IMG/VR virus record: IMGVR_UViG_3300009537_000007
Location: 1 to 64,000 of that record
DNA: 64,000 nt
Strand: one strand, 5' to 3'
Source: a virus
This document shows positions 33,801 to 40,847 of this stretch, in pieces (the first letter of the stretch is position 1; each line of letters starts with the position of its first letter). The notes under the pieces are model-generated. The model saw only the letters and a list, made by a program, of their open reading frames with translations, searched no databases and was not told the origin of the DNA. The position numbers and the translations under genes were made by a program.

Positions 33801-36303
33801 GAACAACAATTATATCATGTTCGGGGAAACGAGCAATTACATTAGGGCCGCCGTCCGGCTGCTGTTCGGCTGGTGCCCCTTCCTGGGGCGCTGATTCCTG
33901 CGATTCTTCTGGTGTTTCCGGGGCCTGTGGAGCTTCGGGCTTTTTTCTATCCTCGAACAGGGACGGATAATCTTCCCGCGCCCCCTCATAAACCGGCTCA
34001 CCGCGCTTCAGGGCCTCCTTGACGGCGATTCGGTGCGGATAATCCAGGTTGAAGACATCGAAAAACTTGTGGTGCCCGGGCCAAATGCGAACCCTGTCCT
34101 TGCCCCATTCCTCTTCATAATAGTCACCATCTTCGTCAGCGCCCCTGAGAAGCGGCCCGGCACTCCCGGGCATGTGTTCGTATGAAGACTTGGCACCACG
34201 AACGGGCTGATGGCTCTCCCGCTTCATGTCCAGGATGTGTTCGATTTCATGGCGAAGAGTTACAATCGCGTCCTCATCCTTGAGGAACGTGGACAACCTC
34301 ACCTCACGCTTCATCGGATGATACCATCCACCCGTGATACCGACTCCCTTGTAATCGACCTGAACCGGGTCTGGGACCTCCCTGATGGTCAGCCTGGGAA
34401 GAACGTCACGGCCAGCTTCGGTGTTGTATTTCCTCCGGTAGTAATCATAAATGCCCTGCAGGTCCTTGGTTCCGGCTTTTTTGCTTATACGCTCCGCAGC
34501 GGGCTTCATGAATTTGTCACGGAACTCCTTGCCAGACATGGAACGGGCGGCAGCCCGAGTCATCTGCGCTGTCGGTGTGTCCTGCTCATCAGCGCCGAAG
34601 ATTTTACCGATCTCATCATCGGTAAGGTCCTCTTCATCCTCGGCAAACCCACCAGTCGGCTCCTCCTTTGGCTTCTCGTCAGCGGGTTCCTTTGCGGGCG
34701 GCTCTTCAACCGGCTCGGGCTCCTTGGGCTCTTGAGCAATCCCGGGGCTGACAGGAGGCGGCGCAGTGGGCTGTGGCTCCTCCACGGGAGGCTCTTCCAC
34801 AGGCTTTGGTTCTTCGGGAGACGCTACCGGGGGCTGTCCCTCACCCGTTCCTTCATCCTGCGGTGCTATAACAGGCGGGACAGGCCCCTCGGTAGGCGGT
34901 GCAGGCTCAACAGGAGCCTGCGGTTCCCCAGGTTGTTCGACAGTGCCACCCTCATCAACCGGTTCTTCAACTGCGGGCACTTCCTGAGGCGGCCCTTCCT
35001 GAGGTTGTTCCTCTTGCTGTTGCCGGGCATCATACGCTTCCTGAAGGTCGGGGTAGTCCCACAGGACCTCTCCAGGAATGATCTGACCGTTCTCGATACC
35101 CTGAATAACCGCCTGACGATGACGGGCCATGACATCTTCGATCTCGGCCCAATTGAAGCCAAGCTCGCGGGCGGTCCTCACATAGGTCATTACAGGGCGC
35201 TGGGCGGAATACACGAAACTGCCAGCACCTTCTTTTTTGTCTTTTTCCTGCGGCTTCTCGTCAGGTGGTTTTCCCTCCGGCTGCTTAGGTTTTCCAAAGG
35301 CAGTATCATAAACCTTGGAGCCGACAGCACCGGCACCACCCATAACGCCGGTCAGCAGCGCCACTTGCGGGAGAACGTCCTTCGCAGCCTCAAGCGGCCC
35401 CTGCGACTTGTCTCGCATGCCGATATCGGCCTCGACACCGGTCTGTCCCATCTGGGTAACGACTTCGGTGCCAAGCTCGGTCCCGAATATGCCAGCAGCC
35501 TTGGCCGTTGCCCTGGCGATCATGTTTTTCATGATCGGCGATTTCATAATCACATCAACAGGAGCCCTGATAATCTTCAATGCGCCAGCGTTGCCAATGG
35601 CTTCAGGAACAGCCTCCCACAACCCGTATTCCCTGATTGCGTTTTCGTGGGTCTTAACGATATCGGACCATTCTTTTTTGGTGATCTCACGGCCACGATT
35701 TTCCTTGGATTGCTCGTTCAGGAACCCGTGCAGCTCATTGGTGAACTGGTCCTTAGCCATACGGAAGGCGACTGCACCAGAAGCCCCCATGCCCAGTGTC
35801 CACGAAGCGGCTTGCGCTCCAGGAACAGGGGCAAGCCCAAGCGGCACACCAACGCCGAGGCCAGCCAGCATACTGGTCGCCGAGAACCCAAGATTCTGTG
35901 GAAGCTCCCGGATATCCTTGTAGCTGATGTCGCCAATCGGGGTGGAGATGAACAGCTTATTCTCGTCCTCAACCCCGCCCTCTTTCATAAAAGCGTCAGC
36001 CGAAGCCTGCGCCTCATCCACCCACCGCTTGTAGTGATTCTCGTCAAGGACGTTCCTGCCAGCACGCGCGGAAGCGGCCATGGACCCTTTGATCTGGGCC
36101 GGGGCCTCCATGATCGCCTCGCCGATCAGTCCGAGGCCGCCGAAGAAGTCCGTCTCGGGCCCCTTTAGCTCTCCGTCGTCACCGGTATATGGGGCCAGAA
36201 GATCGTCTGCCGAGATATCGGCAGGAAGCAACTCCCCGTCCGTCATGCCGCCGTCAGGCGATTCCCATGCGGTCGGGTCGGGCCCGGGCTTTACGAGTGG
36301 CAC
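24850..36303 (-). CDS. giant polyvalent virion protein (3817 aa) in the T7 gp16 position
   Basis: Uninterrupted 11.45-kb ORF. HEIEH (aa 685-689), K-x-x-x-x-G-G-A-W-D...K-S-W motif (aa 866-885), helicase motif I GDQTGLGKGR (aa 1297), DESH (aa 1515), AAEGISLH and QILGRIFRTG (aa 1937), HEAIH (aa 2781-2785). Confidence 0.8.
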   Translation of the reverse strand: MPLVKPGPDPTAWESPDGGMTDGELLPADISADDLLAPYTGDDGELKGPETDFFGGLGLIGEAIMEAPAQIKGSMAASARAGRNVLDENHYKRWVDEAQASADAFMKEGGVEDENKLFISTPIGDISYKDIRELPQNLGFSATSMLAGLGVGVPLGLAPVPGAQAASWTLGMGASGAVAFRMAKDQFTNELHGFLNEQSKENRGREITKKEWSDIVKTHENAIREYGLWEAVPEAIGNAGALKIIRAPVDVIMKSPIMKNMIARATAKAAGIFGTELGTEVVTQMGQTGVEADIGMRDKSQGPLEAAKDVLPQVALLTGVMGGAGAVGSKVYDTAFGKPKQPEGKPPDEKPQEKDKKEGAGSFVYSAQRPVMTYVRTARELGFNWAEIEDVMARHRQAVIQGIENGQIIPGEVLWDYPDLQEAYDARQQQEEQPQEGPPQEVPAVEEPVDEGGTVEQPGEPQAPVEPAPPTEGPVPPVIAPQDEGTGEGQPPVASPEEPKPVEEPPVEEPQPTAPPPVSPGIAQEPKEPEPVEEPPAKEPADEKPKEEPTGGFAEDEEDLTDDEIGKIFGADEQDTPTAQMTRAAARSMSGKEFRDKFMKPAAERISKKAGTKDLQGIYDYYRRKYNTEAGRDVLPRLTIREVPDPVQVDYKGVGITGGWYHPMKREVRLSTFLKDEDAIVTLRHEIEHILDMKRESHQPVRGAKSSYEHMPGSAGPLLRGADEDGDYYEEEWGKDRVRIWPGHHKFFDVFNLDYPHRIAVKEALKRGEPVYEGAREDYPSLFEDRKKPEAPQAPETPEESQESAPQEGAPAEQQPDGGPNVIARFPEHDIIVVLDPYGGDRSFLSGMDYAVRGDKKSNSTFSIRKELKASGGAWDGPSKSWRFRDDPTDIVEEIINEKPLDGSSEGRGGTEAPPGGEGPGGHGTDVGEALPEQPEDENLPQDGSGFRGQPGEGVGGGERGAGVPPGRPGPGRPDGGGVGGSTVDGGSDITESPGGGGVPEGGLPPQEGGPRGTTDEGGTEGGRGDVGGEPGGDTPGTGVSPGPGTGIDDWGGFISGENLPRDPLDRRPPLEIPPGENGHVDADEMYNQRGFKNFLINKFHSWAADLPGDTKPTRKEFALAVAASFKRQDAPGWKIKRAGEAFMLFQADVRNDPSMLAMEESEEEAETEEEKESKRHREEMANKAKELARKEQAHAMQKAYVSLSEQESPPSRVPAAVEKALREGLSRLADELKQNNKYKDLPHGRAIDQFVADELNFTYDELYKGDSGKSRLMGTQVDAIALAIWSHKQGNTFVIGDQTGLGKGRAVAGMLRYAFVNDIVPVFITAKYGLYSDMHRDIYGIGWHDFTALPTDDFTARESEEETEEDSDTDERVVVGKGVMLPPRPGTDQKKLGDEFLVKPEMVYYDGKVMPYEDWYASAIQYHEEFEMPEIVEEVPGTKEGDNNRWRSTGRKYSSIFTSYGQLKPVADKKTKDRINAHLKERGLPPVQKGKGPTTNRRRPLFDMNASKMYFAMDESHKAGGSLESLSDPKEGKIPSTALWLRAKIKAANGALLSSATFSKNPETMTMLATTSVRHAVNGPQELYDLMVRGGDKLSQIVTEDLAKDLGMVRREQSFLYEGEPVLIPSVEYEVDAENAEQIFGAIRSTAAISMGDQLVKMIQAVATKEATKLGWLSNDGTATWEHEKAKLSYRALPIMQQYAMLAIKADSIIEEAVKARNEKDSGGNNHKPIVSVSFTQQAFFENAGIVVGDDVSQMSFADLFRRYQKRSFNFQLKNASLTKEQFDDDSIPDSEKFLDLNLEDLGVFREREYEDGGMRQIYDEGQEIYNQIDGLNLPLSPIDYIVHELAKRGIKMGEITGRSIQVNMETMKLEARDNSKLSDQQAMNSFNNDSEYHALIINRSAAEGISLHAAAEFNDQSGRWMIVGQPELDIFNHVQILGRIFRTGMVKMPRYSVLTSNVPQEKRYNAALQRKVSKMSAQTTGASGSALAQDEVDFINEYGVDAIVEAFASESRMRDALKYVGLSMEKVLRSMQSGSVEAAIGKITNRLSMLPVFNSSYVVDRDGGQIELPSQDEIYTSIIENYTNRIEALEAAGISIGDVPLYDLETSVIQSMGLAEETGTDSEFQKGVIAEQVSMNPITQPFRPIQVLEKIWANTEIKGPAPLEVNDKSLRETEEGAARYNEKLLADIQRRIDNENREYTDTIAEVEKEAEPQARVVEESETAVNVADSAVDEANTRMVDLKEQKKTAREEAKNADEAGKAAAFQRVGELDENIEQQEETIKNSKEVLREAKAKLKEEKEAYERMLTRKRGAERIINERMEKISKALRAVKFLGVGSVVDIKDNSQGGSGGLIAKGVIIDIKDKGLETDRDPFSAASGINESLQITVAMSRGQRVWVKMRPKDMADSSGNTSRWGPHFHLGRVVGSDGTPPSLKEGANMLVGDKKDKETRWILRGNALRSFKKYEELFGKVDPRLPEERRPMIVRYTNENGDVERGILLPPADDVLKAPIKLDWATNLEKYMSEGGSIGFIGDNVGEMFITVRNPRDPFWNNKLKKNVWSGEHSYYLGLISKRGGENRGAIRKSQVIRDIVGKSEQSTWYEGDPEKDLHGNMMRQKGRPPTGGEEQDIWYLRFPRTEFAKLIEAIQTEHGVSFFAHHNGNETLRNLAEKLAKSERQKEESPQDGEAEEPTGEESMKLSDKPAQEAGIFSPGQDKERARVVKGLQSILEQIAPNARLGVVDRMLRVVDGKERTVRGSYRDIEQLITVALNYDNPAATLRHEAIHALRSMGMFTRKEWNLLRKKAESSWRHKYDIDAKYGHLNEEKRNEEAIADAFSSYRRGENFPPGFKRMFKRLTDFLQRTGNMLRGLGFQTIEDVLGRVESGEVGRRKGTALPGMPGSEQYSLTAKEAGIVKGILNNIGADKKQPWKERVSEVLADKFVDRAKQSVADDLHFIKVMEEKSRLAVDGVQQLYEDSRSAYKLARLTRGINDLIFEAMFLGAPVWKEGTTTIDAGVKAPMGIMDEIGGERAEEFEVYLASRRAEELKAMDGGKKVYDVNGNLVKVGREALFANHDTAAAIDALDRKHPDFAGLFDDLQTYNGKILDFAQESGLLDADTRAFFDEMHKNYVPFFRITENGKGVKSPRSRLGFSGQHPNFYRLTGGKSKIEHPLINYEHNIHRLIEASIKNEVMRRAVDLNRKSGDLFMSRIGRKAKRALVTNKQMVDDLYEQGLEVTPEDDINPGALRVLWSLGNAPKGDNIVSVVEDGKVEFYEVDDPMLFRSFTMLHRKDTHALIKPLKKAKNLLTMMVGLDPSFQAANFVRDTMHASVISHKGFKPLIDSIKGIKSQLPRIDKDGNWVGGDEYWHEFLQAGAGMSALFEADRPSLKSVVKKFIRGEKASILENPSDYVGALQRIESTLEYSTRVGAFKKLRKDGVGLMEAAYQAREISTDFGMRGDYFLIRFLADTVPFFNAGLQGLYRTYRGAREGQEQTAKLNRAFMIKAGLVMAATTALWLSNEDDERFNDLTDYQRDTYWWFYGISDALGLKEPLKLPKPFEVGALFGSIPERTLDLLKKGEGKEFLQRMRWIMSEMFRFSIVPQAAVPIVRIYSNKDEFRERKILQPWEERLQPAEQYDDNTSIAARHIGRMTNVSPKYIETVIEGYFANIGAYGLNLADWMMMGVGDYPSKEAMMPSDIVALRRFVGPEVPKSSKAIHQFYEMREEAQSLHDTIQKLIADGEVKYAQELLMENRNKLAMRKSLNNADIQMRKLNRMMRAISSHKGMTGTEKRERKDEVRKVKMRLAKAMAQLKTQFEAD

Positions 36304-36305
36304 TC

Positions 36306-37682
36306 TTATTTACTCCACGACTTGATCTGGTCGATCCGCCTCTGGGCGGTGGCCTTGTCCTTTATTTTCCCACTCCTTACATCAGCCAAAACCTTGTTGA
36401 TTTCCCGTGTCTGGTCGGCGGAAAGGGTCTTGCCACCGCTCTTTTTCTCGGAAGACTTGGAAACGTCGAACATCCTGTCGAACTCGGCCTTCTTGGCCTT
36501 CATGACCTTGGGATCGTTAAGGGCCTGAATCCCTTCCGGCGACTCCTTCCACTCGTTGAAGGCGTCGTTGGCGGCTTCGGCACGTTTGAGATTAAGCGTC
36601 TCGCCGGATGTCGCTGCCTGGGCGCGCCGCCAATACGCCGTATTGCGGTCCTTCGCCTTAGCAAGTTCTTCAGTGCTTTTGATCTTCCTGTCGCCCTGCG
36701 CCAGGGTCTTGCCGAACTTCTCCTTGTCCCACGCGGCGGCGACTTCCCTGAGTTTCTTCTTGTCCGTATAATTAAGGGTGTCAAGACCGGCTTCACCAAG
36801 ATTACCGAGGGTCGCGCCGAACATATTCTGTCCAGGCTGGACCGGCTTGTTCCCCGCCTTCATCAGTGAAAGACCGAAACGCAGCAGGTTGTCGTAATGC
36901 TCGTCCTTGGTGAACATATCGGTGCCGAACAAACCACCACCATCGGCAGGAGCGGCAGGAGCGGTTGGAACGCCCGGCCTATATCCGGCCTCCTGATCCA
37001 TATTCATCTGTTCCATGCCTGGGGGCATGGCTACCTGTGGTGCGGCTTGCGGGGCGGCAACCTGTGGAGGCACGACAGGAGGCGGCCCATCCATACCGGC
37101 ACTGAATCCGGGCTGTGGCATCGGCTGTGAAACCTGCGCCGCACTTTGGTTGGGGCCGCCGGGCATCATCTCGGCAAACATCTGTTTTGCCTCTGGGCCG
37201 ATCCTGCCAATGTAATCGGCAATACTGTCGCCGACCCCCTCGACGCCCTCACGAAGACCGCTTCCAATTCCCTGATACCAGGGCCCATTATCCGCGACGG
37301 CTGTTGGCTGGTTTAGCCCCGTAGTAGCTGGCGGCTGAGAAGGCCATCCCATGGGTAGAGCGTCCAGAACAGTCGGGTTTTGAGGATCGACCCAGCCTGC
37401 AGGAAGGTTCGGCCCCTTCGTTGCCTGCTGGAAATTCTCCCACGCCTTGGCGGTTTTTTCATTTTCACCGGGGGAGCCGACAGCATCCTGCGCCCGCTGC
37501 GCCACGATCCGCGCCGCCTCTGGATTTTTAAGCGCGATTTCCTCCAACTCGGCGGTGGACAGGTCCTCCAGCCTGGGCGGAATAGCCGCTGCCGGGGGAC
37601 GGACATCACGGCCAGGAACCGGATAACCGCCAGGTCTTCCGCCCTGCACGAAAGGAAGAAGAGGATATGGTGTGTTTGGCAT
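36306..37682 (-). CDS. internal virion/ejection protein candidate (458 aa, P/A/Q-rich)
   Basis: Position equivalent to T7 gp13-15. Low-complexity proline-rich N-half. Confidence 0.4.
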   Translation of the reverse strand: MPNTPYPLLPFVQGGRPGGYPVPGRDVRPPAAAIPPRLEDLSTAELEEIALKNPEAARIVAQRAQDAVGSPGENEKTAKAWENFQQATKGPNLPAGWVDPQNPTVLDALPMGWPSQPPATTGLNQPTAVADNGPWYQGIGSGLREGVEGVGDSIADYIGRIGPEAKQMFAEMMPGGPNQSAAQVSQPMPQPGFSAGMDGPPPVVPPQVAAPQAAPQVAMPPGMEQMNMDQEAGYRPGVPTAPAAPADGGGLFGTDMFTKDEHYDNLLRFGLSLMKAGNKPVQPGQNMFGATLGNLGEAGLDTLNYTDKKKLREVAAAWDKEKFGKTLAQGDRKIKSTEELAKAKDRNTAYWRRAQAATSGETLNLKRAEAANDAFNEWKESPEGIQALNDPKVMKAKKAEFDRMFDVSKSSEKKSGGKTLSADQTREINKVLADVRSGKIKDKATAQRRIDQIKSWSK

Positions 37683-37692
37683 GATTTATCCC

Positions 37693-38577
37693 CTACCGAA
37701 ACTTCAGGCCCATACCGCCGAGGCCACCGGCAAGAGCGCCGATGCCGCCAAGCGTCTGGGCGAAGGTGTTGGATTGCTGGACAGGACCAGATGAGGTCGT
37801 CTGTTGATTCGTGGTGTATGGCACACCGCTGATAATGGCAGACAACCAGTTAAGCTGTTCCTGTGGATAATAGAACTGCTTCATGAAGTCGTCATAACGC
37901 AGGGTGAGATTCTGCTGTTCCTGAGATTGCTGGGAAGAGCCAATGTCAGCCAGAGAAGCCACATCGCCGAGATTGAGTGACTGAATGATCGGCGCTAGTT
38001 GGGCGTCCATGGTCGAGCCCCTGAGCGTTCTGTCTTTTTGCTCATTGGCCTGTTCCATTGCCTTGTTAAACCCACCAAGTTGAAGCGTGGCAATTGTTTC
38101 GGCCATCACGCGATTCTTGGATTCCTGGGCAGCGTTATCTACCACATCGCGGCGGTCCTCGTTCAGATAAGACCCACGCTTGGCCCAGGAGCCGTGACGG
38201 GCGTTCGTGTCCTTGTCGAATTGCCTGTTCATACGCTCGGTCACTGAGTTGATGACGCTATCGGTATATGGATTCATGTAAGCGTCGATATCTGACTGGC
38301 CGATGGGCGCGACACCCTGACCGGCCCCCGTGAAAGCCCTCTCGAAAGCTGGTTGCCATGAACCCTGGCTATCACGGACGAGATCGAAGGCGCTGGTCTG
38401 ATCGGGATTGAAATCAGCAACGCGCTGGTCGCCGTAATTTGGATAATTCCGCTCGGAAAGGGGCGAGGCCGTTTTGTATGTATCTTCGCCAGCCGCACTC
38501 ATCCAGGCCGGAATCTCATTTACGGTCTTATTCACGACCGTTTGGTTTTTGGGCTGACTGCTACCACCGAAGCACAT
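37693..38577 (-). CDS. structural protein candidate (294 aa)
   Basis: Intact ORF in the tail/internal-protein block; no family recognised. Confidence 0.4.
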   Translation of the reverse strand: MCFGGSSQPKNQTVVNKTVNEIPAWMSAAGEDTYKTASPLSERNYPNYGDQRVADFNPDQTSAFDLVRDSQGSWQPAFERAFTGAGQGVAPIGQSDIDAYMNPYTDSVINSVTERMNRQFDKDTNARHGSWAKRGSYLNEDRRDVVDNAAQESKNRVMAETIATLQLGGFNKAMEQANEQKDRTLRGSTMDAQLAPIIQSLNLGDVASLADIGSSQQSQEQQNLTLRYDDFMKQFYYPQEQLNWLSAIISGVPYTTNQQTTSSGPVQQSNTFAQTLGGIGALAGGLGGMGLKFR

Positions 38578-38578
38578 T

Positions 38579-39016
38579 TCAGAAATCCTCTATGAACATT
38601 TCACCGACCGGCGTAAATAAGCGCCGGAATAGCTTGTTTTTTTTCTCCACCCCCCCTGGCGAGAAAACACCGACAGCCAGAGGCATGCCGACCGTCTTCG
38701 CAAAATCCTTAACCATCTTGAGCAATACAAGGGCGTGCCTGGATCGCCTGTATCCCTTCTTCACGAAGGTCCAGGAATCCTGCAGATGCCAATCTTCCGA
38801 ATACCAAAACTGGCTTGGACCAATACCGACTGAGGCGATAATGTCGTCACCGTCACGGGCAACGAAAATTGCCCCCTCCGTCATGAACCTTTCGATCTCG
38901 TCCACGACCTTTATGGGAGCCAGCCTGGCTATACCGACCTCCTCATACATGAGCATGAGCAAGTCATAAATCTTCTTTTCCTCACCCCTGACGGCAACCC
39001 CGTAAGTTACGGTCAC
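38579..39016 (-). CDS. GNAT-like fold protein (145 aa, tentative)
   Basis: IFVARDGDDIIASVGI ... KKGYRRSRHALVLLKMVKDFAKTVG resembles GNAT beta4/motif A. Confidence 0.4.
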   Translation of the reverse strand: MTVTYGVAVRGEEKKIYDLLMLMYEEVGIARLAPIKVVDEIERFMTEGAIFVARDGDDIIASVGIGPSQFWYSEDWHLQDSWTFVKKGYRRSRHALVLLKMVKDFAKTVGMPLAVGVFSPGGVEKKNKLFRRLFTPVGEMFIEDF

Positions 39017-40410
39017 TTTTTCCTCTTCATGGCATTAACGGCGGCGATTAGAGCGCGCTTATCGAAATTACCGGAGTTGATCTTATCGAGCGTATCCGCC
39101 CCCAGTTTCTCAGCCACCGCCTTGCGGATAACATACTCGCCGATATCGAGATTACCCTTGCCGTCATCAGGCCCCTTGGGGTTCTTGCCCCCCAAGTGAC
39201 GAGCCTCGACAAAACCACCCGCAGCCAGGCCATCGGCATCGCCGGACCCGTCAGAATCCGCAGAGCCTCCACCAGACCCGTCACCGGACGAACCATCGCC
39301 GGACCCGCCAGAGGAATCGCCGCCGGAAGAGCCGGAGCCGCCGCTCGACCCGCCGGAGCCGCCAGCACCGCCAGAAACGGAAGCCTCGCTTCCAGACTCC
39401 CCAGGATCGTTGGATTCCATCCCAAAATTGGAATCCGCCCCACCGGCAACACCGGCACCACCCTCATGGCCCATGTCAGAAAGCGGGTCATTAACTGGAT
39501 TGGCAAGCTCTTGCTCTGTCGTCCACGGGTTTGCATATGATTGCTGTTGAGGTGGAGCCATTGCGGAAAGCTGGGCTATACTCAGCGGGCTATAGGCATC
39601 GGCGCTGTATTTACCGAACTGGTTCGACCACTGTGAAAATTGCGGATCAAGAGAGATCGGCATCGCCGGGTCGGTATTATCCATACTCCATCCCTGCCCA
39701 AACGACGTTCCAAGCCCGAGCGCCTTGGCCATGGGGTTGACGTTTTCACCGTCATCATACGCATCGGTCGTGCCAGCAGCCTTCTCGGACGCCCTGGACC
39801 TGGCCTCATGAGCCTCTTCGGTTTTGGCGTGCATATCAGGGTCCAGCGCTTCCCCGATCAAGCCGCCCACATAGCCGAGCCCCATGGCTGGAAGGGAAAA
39901 CGGCGTGGGGGCCAATGCCAGCCCGGCAAGATTACCGAGCCCTGTGCCGATGGCCTTTCCTGGGGTATAGCCCCCCGTATACCCGCCAATGCCAGCCCCA
40001 ATCGACTGCCCCAATTGAGATAGGCCAAACGGGGCCCCCGCCGCGCCGCCTACAAAACTTCCAGCGCCAGCGCCTAACATCCCGGAATCAAAACTTATAT
40101 CCGGCCACCCAAAGTCCATGGACGGCATGGCACCGGACACATAATCACCAAACTGGTCCAACATTCCAGGCGCAGCGCCGGTCACGGCGGGGCCAAGCGC
40201 GTCTGCCGCTATCCCGCCGACCACACTCGGATTGCCCGACCCCCCAGACTCATATGGCATTGACGAATCAGATGGCGCACCACCAGTGTCGCCGCCGCCA
40301 GTATCAGCATTTTTGTTTTTACCGGCTGCGCTGAGTGCGCGCAGAGCGGCAATCGGATTTCCGAAGAAGACCTCTTCAGGCCCGTATCCGTATCGTGGTT
40401 TATATTGCAT
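39013..40410 (-). CDS. Gly/Ser-rich internal virion protein candidate (465 aa)
   Basis: Long G/A/S low-complexity core including a (GS/GD) run; conserved-looking termini. Confidence 0.4.
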   Translation of the reverse strand: MQYKPRYGYGPEEVFFGNPIAALRALSAAGKNKNADTGGGDTGGAPSDSSMPYESGGSGNPSVVGGIAADALGPAVTGAAPGMLDQFGDYVSGAMPSMDFGWPDISFDSGMLGAGAGSFVGGAAGAPFGLSQLGQSIGAGIGGYTGGYTPGKAIGTGLGNLAGLALAPTPFSLPAMGLGYVGGLIGEALDPDMHAKTEEAHEARSRASEKAAGTTDAYDDGENVNPMAKALGLGTSFGQGWSMDNTDPAMPISLDPQFSQWSNQFGKYSADAYSPLSIAQLSAMAPPQQQSYANPWTTEQELANPVNDPLSDMGHEGGAGVAGGADSNFGMESNDPGESGSEASVSGGAGGSGGSSGGSGSSGGDSSGGSGDGSSGDGSGGGSADSDGSGDADGLAAGGFVEARHLGGKNPKGPDDGKGNLDIGEYVIRKAVAEKLGADTLDKINSGNFDKRALIAAVNAMKRKK

Positions 40411-40847
40411 TAGTCAGCTATGTATTGAGTTCCGTTGTAAACGATCAACTTTCTTCCATAGTCGGTTGAAATCGTCACGCTTGCCCCGCCATTGATGTTA
40501 ACCCCGCCTGGAGAGGCAATGGTGATATTGTTGCCGGATGCGCCACCGGACGAGTCCTGCACATAAAACCGCTTTCCTGATTTCAGTGAACCCACGGCGG
40601 GAAGCGTTACCGTGACAACACCGGCCCGGTTGACATCGATTACATCATCTTTCCTGAGGATGGTGTATGTCGCTGTCGTAACGCTGGTGAGCTTCGTGGT
40701 GCGCCCGCCGCTGCTGATAAGCTCACTAACCGCCTCCAGGTCCCCCTGAAGACTGGAAAAGAACTGTTCAAGCATGACAACAAGATTGGAAGCCCACCGT
40801 ATATCGTAATAATCAAGCGGTTGCGGAAGACCCCCTGGCCGCCTCAT
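40410..40847 (-). CDS. hypothetical structural protein (145 aa)
   Basis: Coupled ORF with a beta-rich C-terminal half. Confidence 0.45.
   Translation of the reverse strand: MRRPGGLPQPLDYYDIRWASNLVVMLEQFFSSLQGDLEAVSELISSGGRTTKLTSVTTATYTILRKDDVIDVNRAGVVTVTLPAVGSLKSGKRFYVQDSSGGASGNNITIASPGGVNINGGASVTISTDYGRKLIVYNGTQYIAD

Noticed and set aside
34210-36168. 652-aa plus-strand ORF inside the giant gene
   Set aside because: Antisense shadow of the 3817-aa ORF. R/L/G/S-rich low-complexity translation, no SD, and the opposite strand carries clear enzyme motifs.
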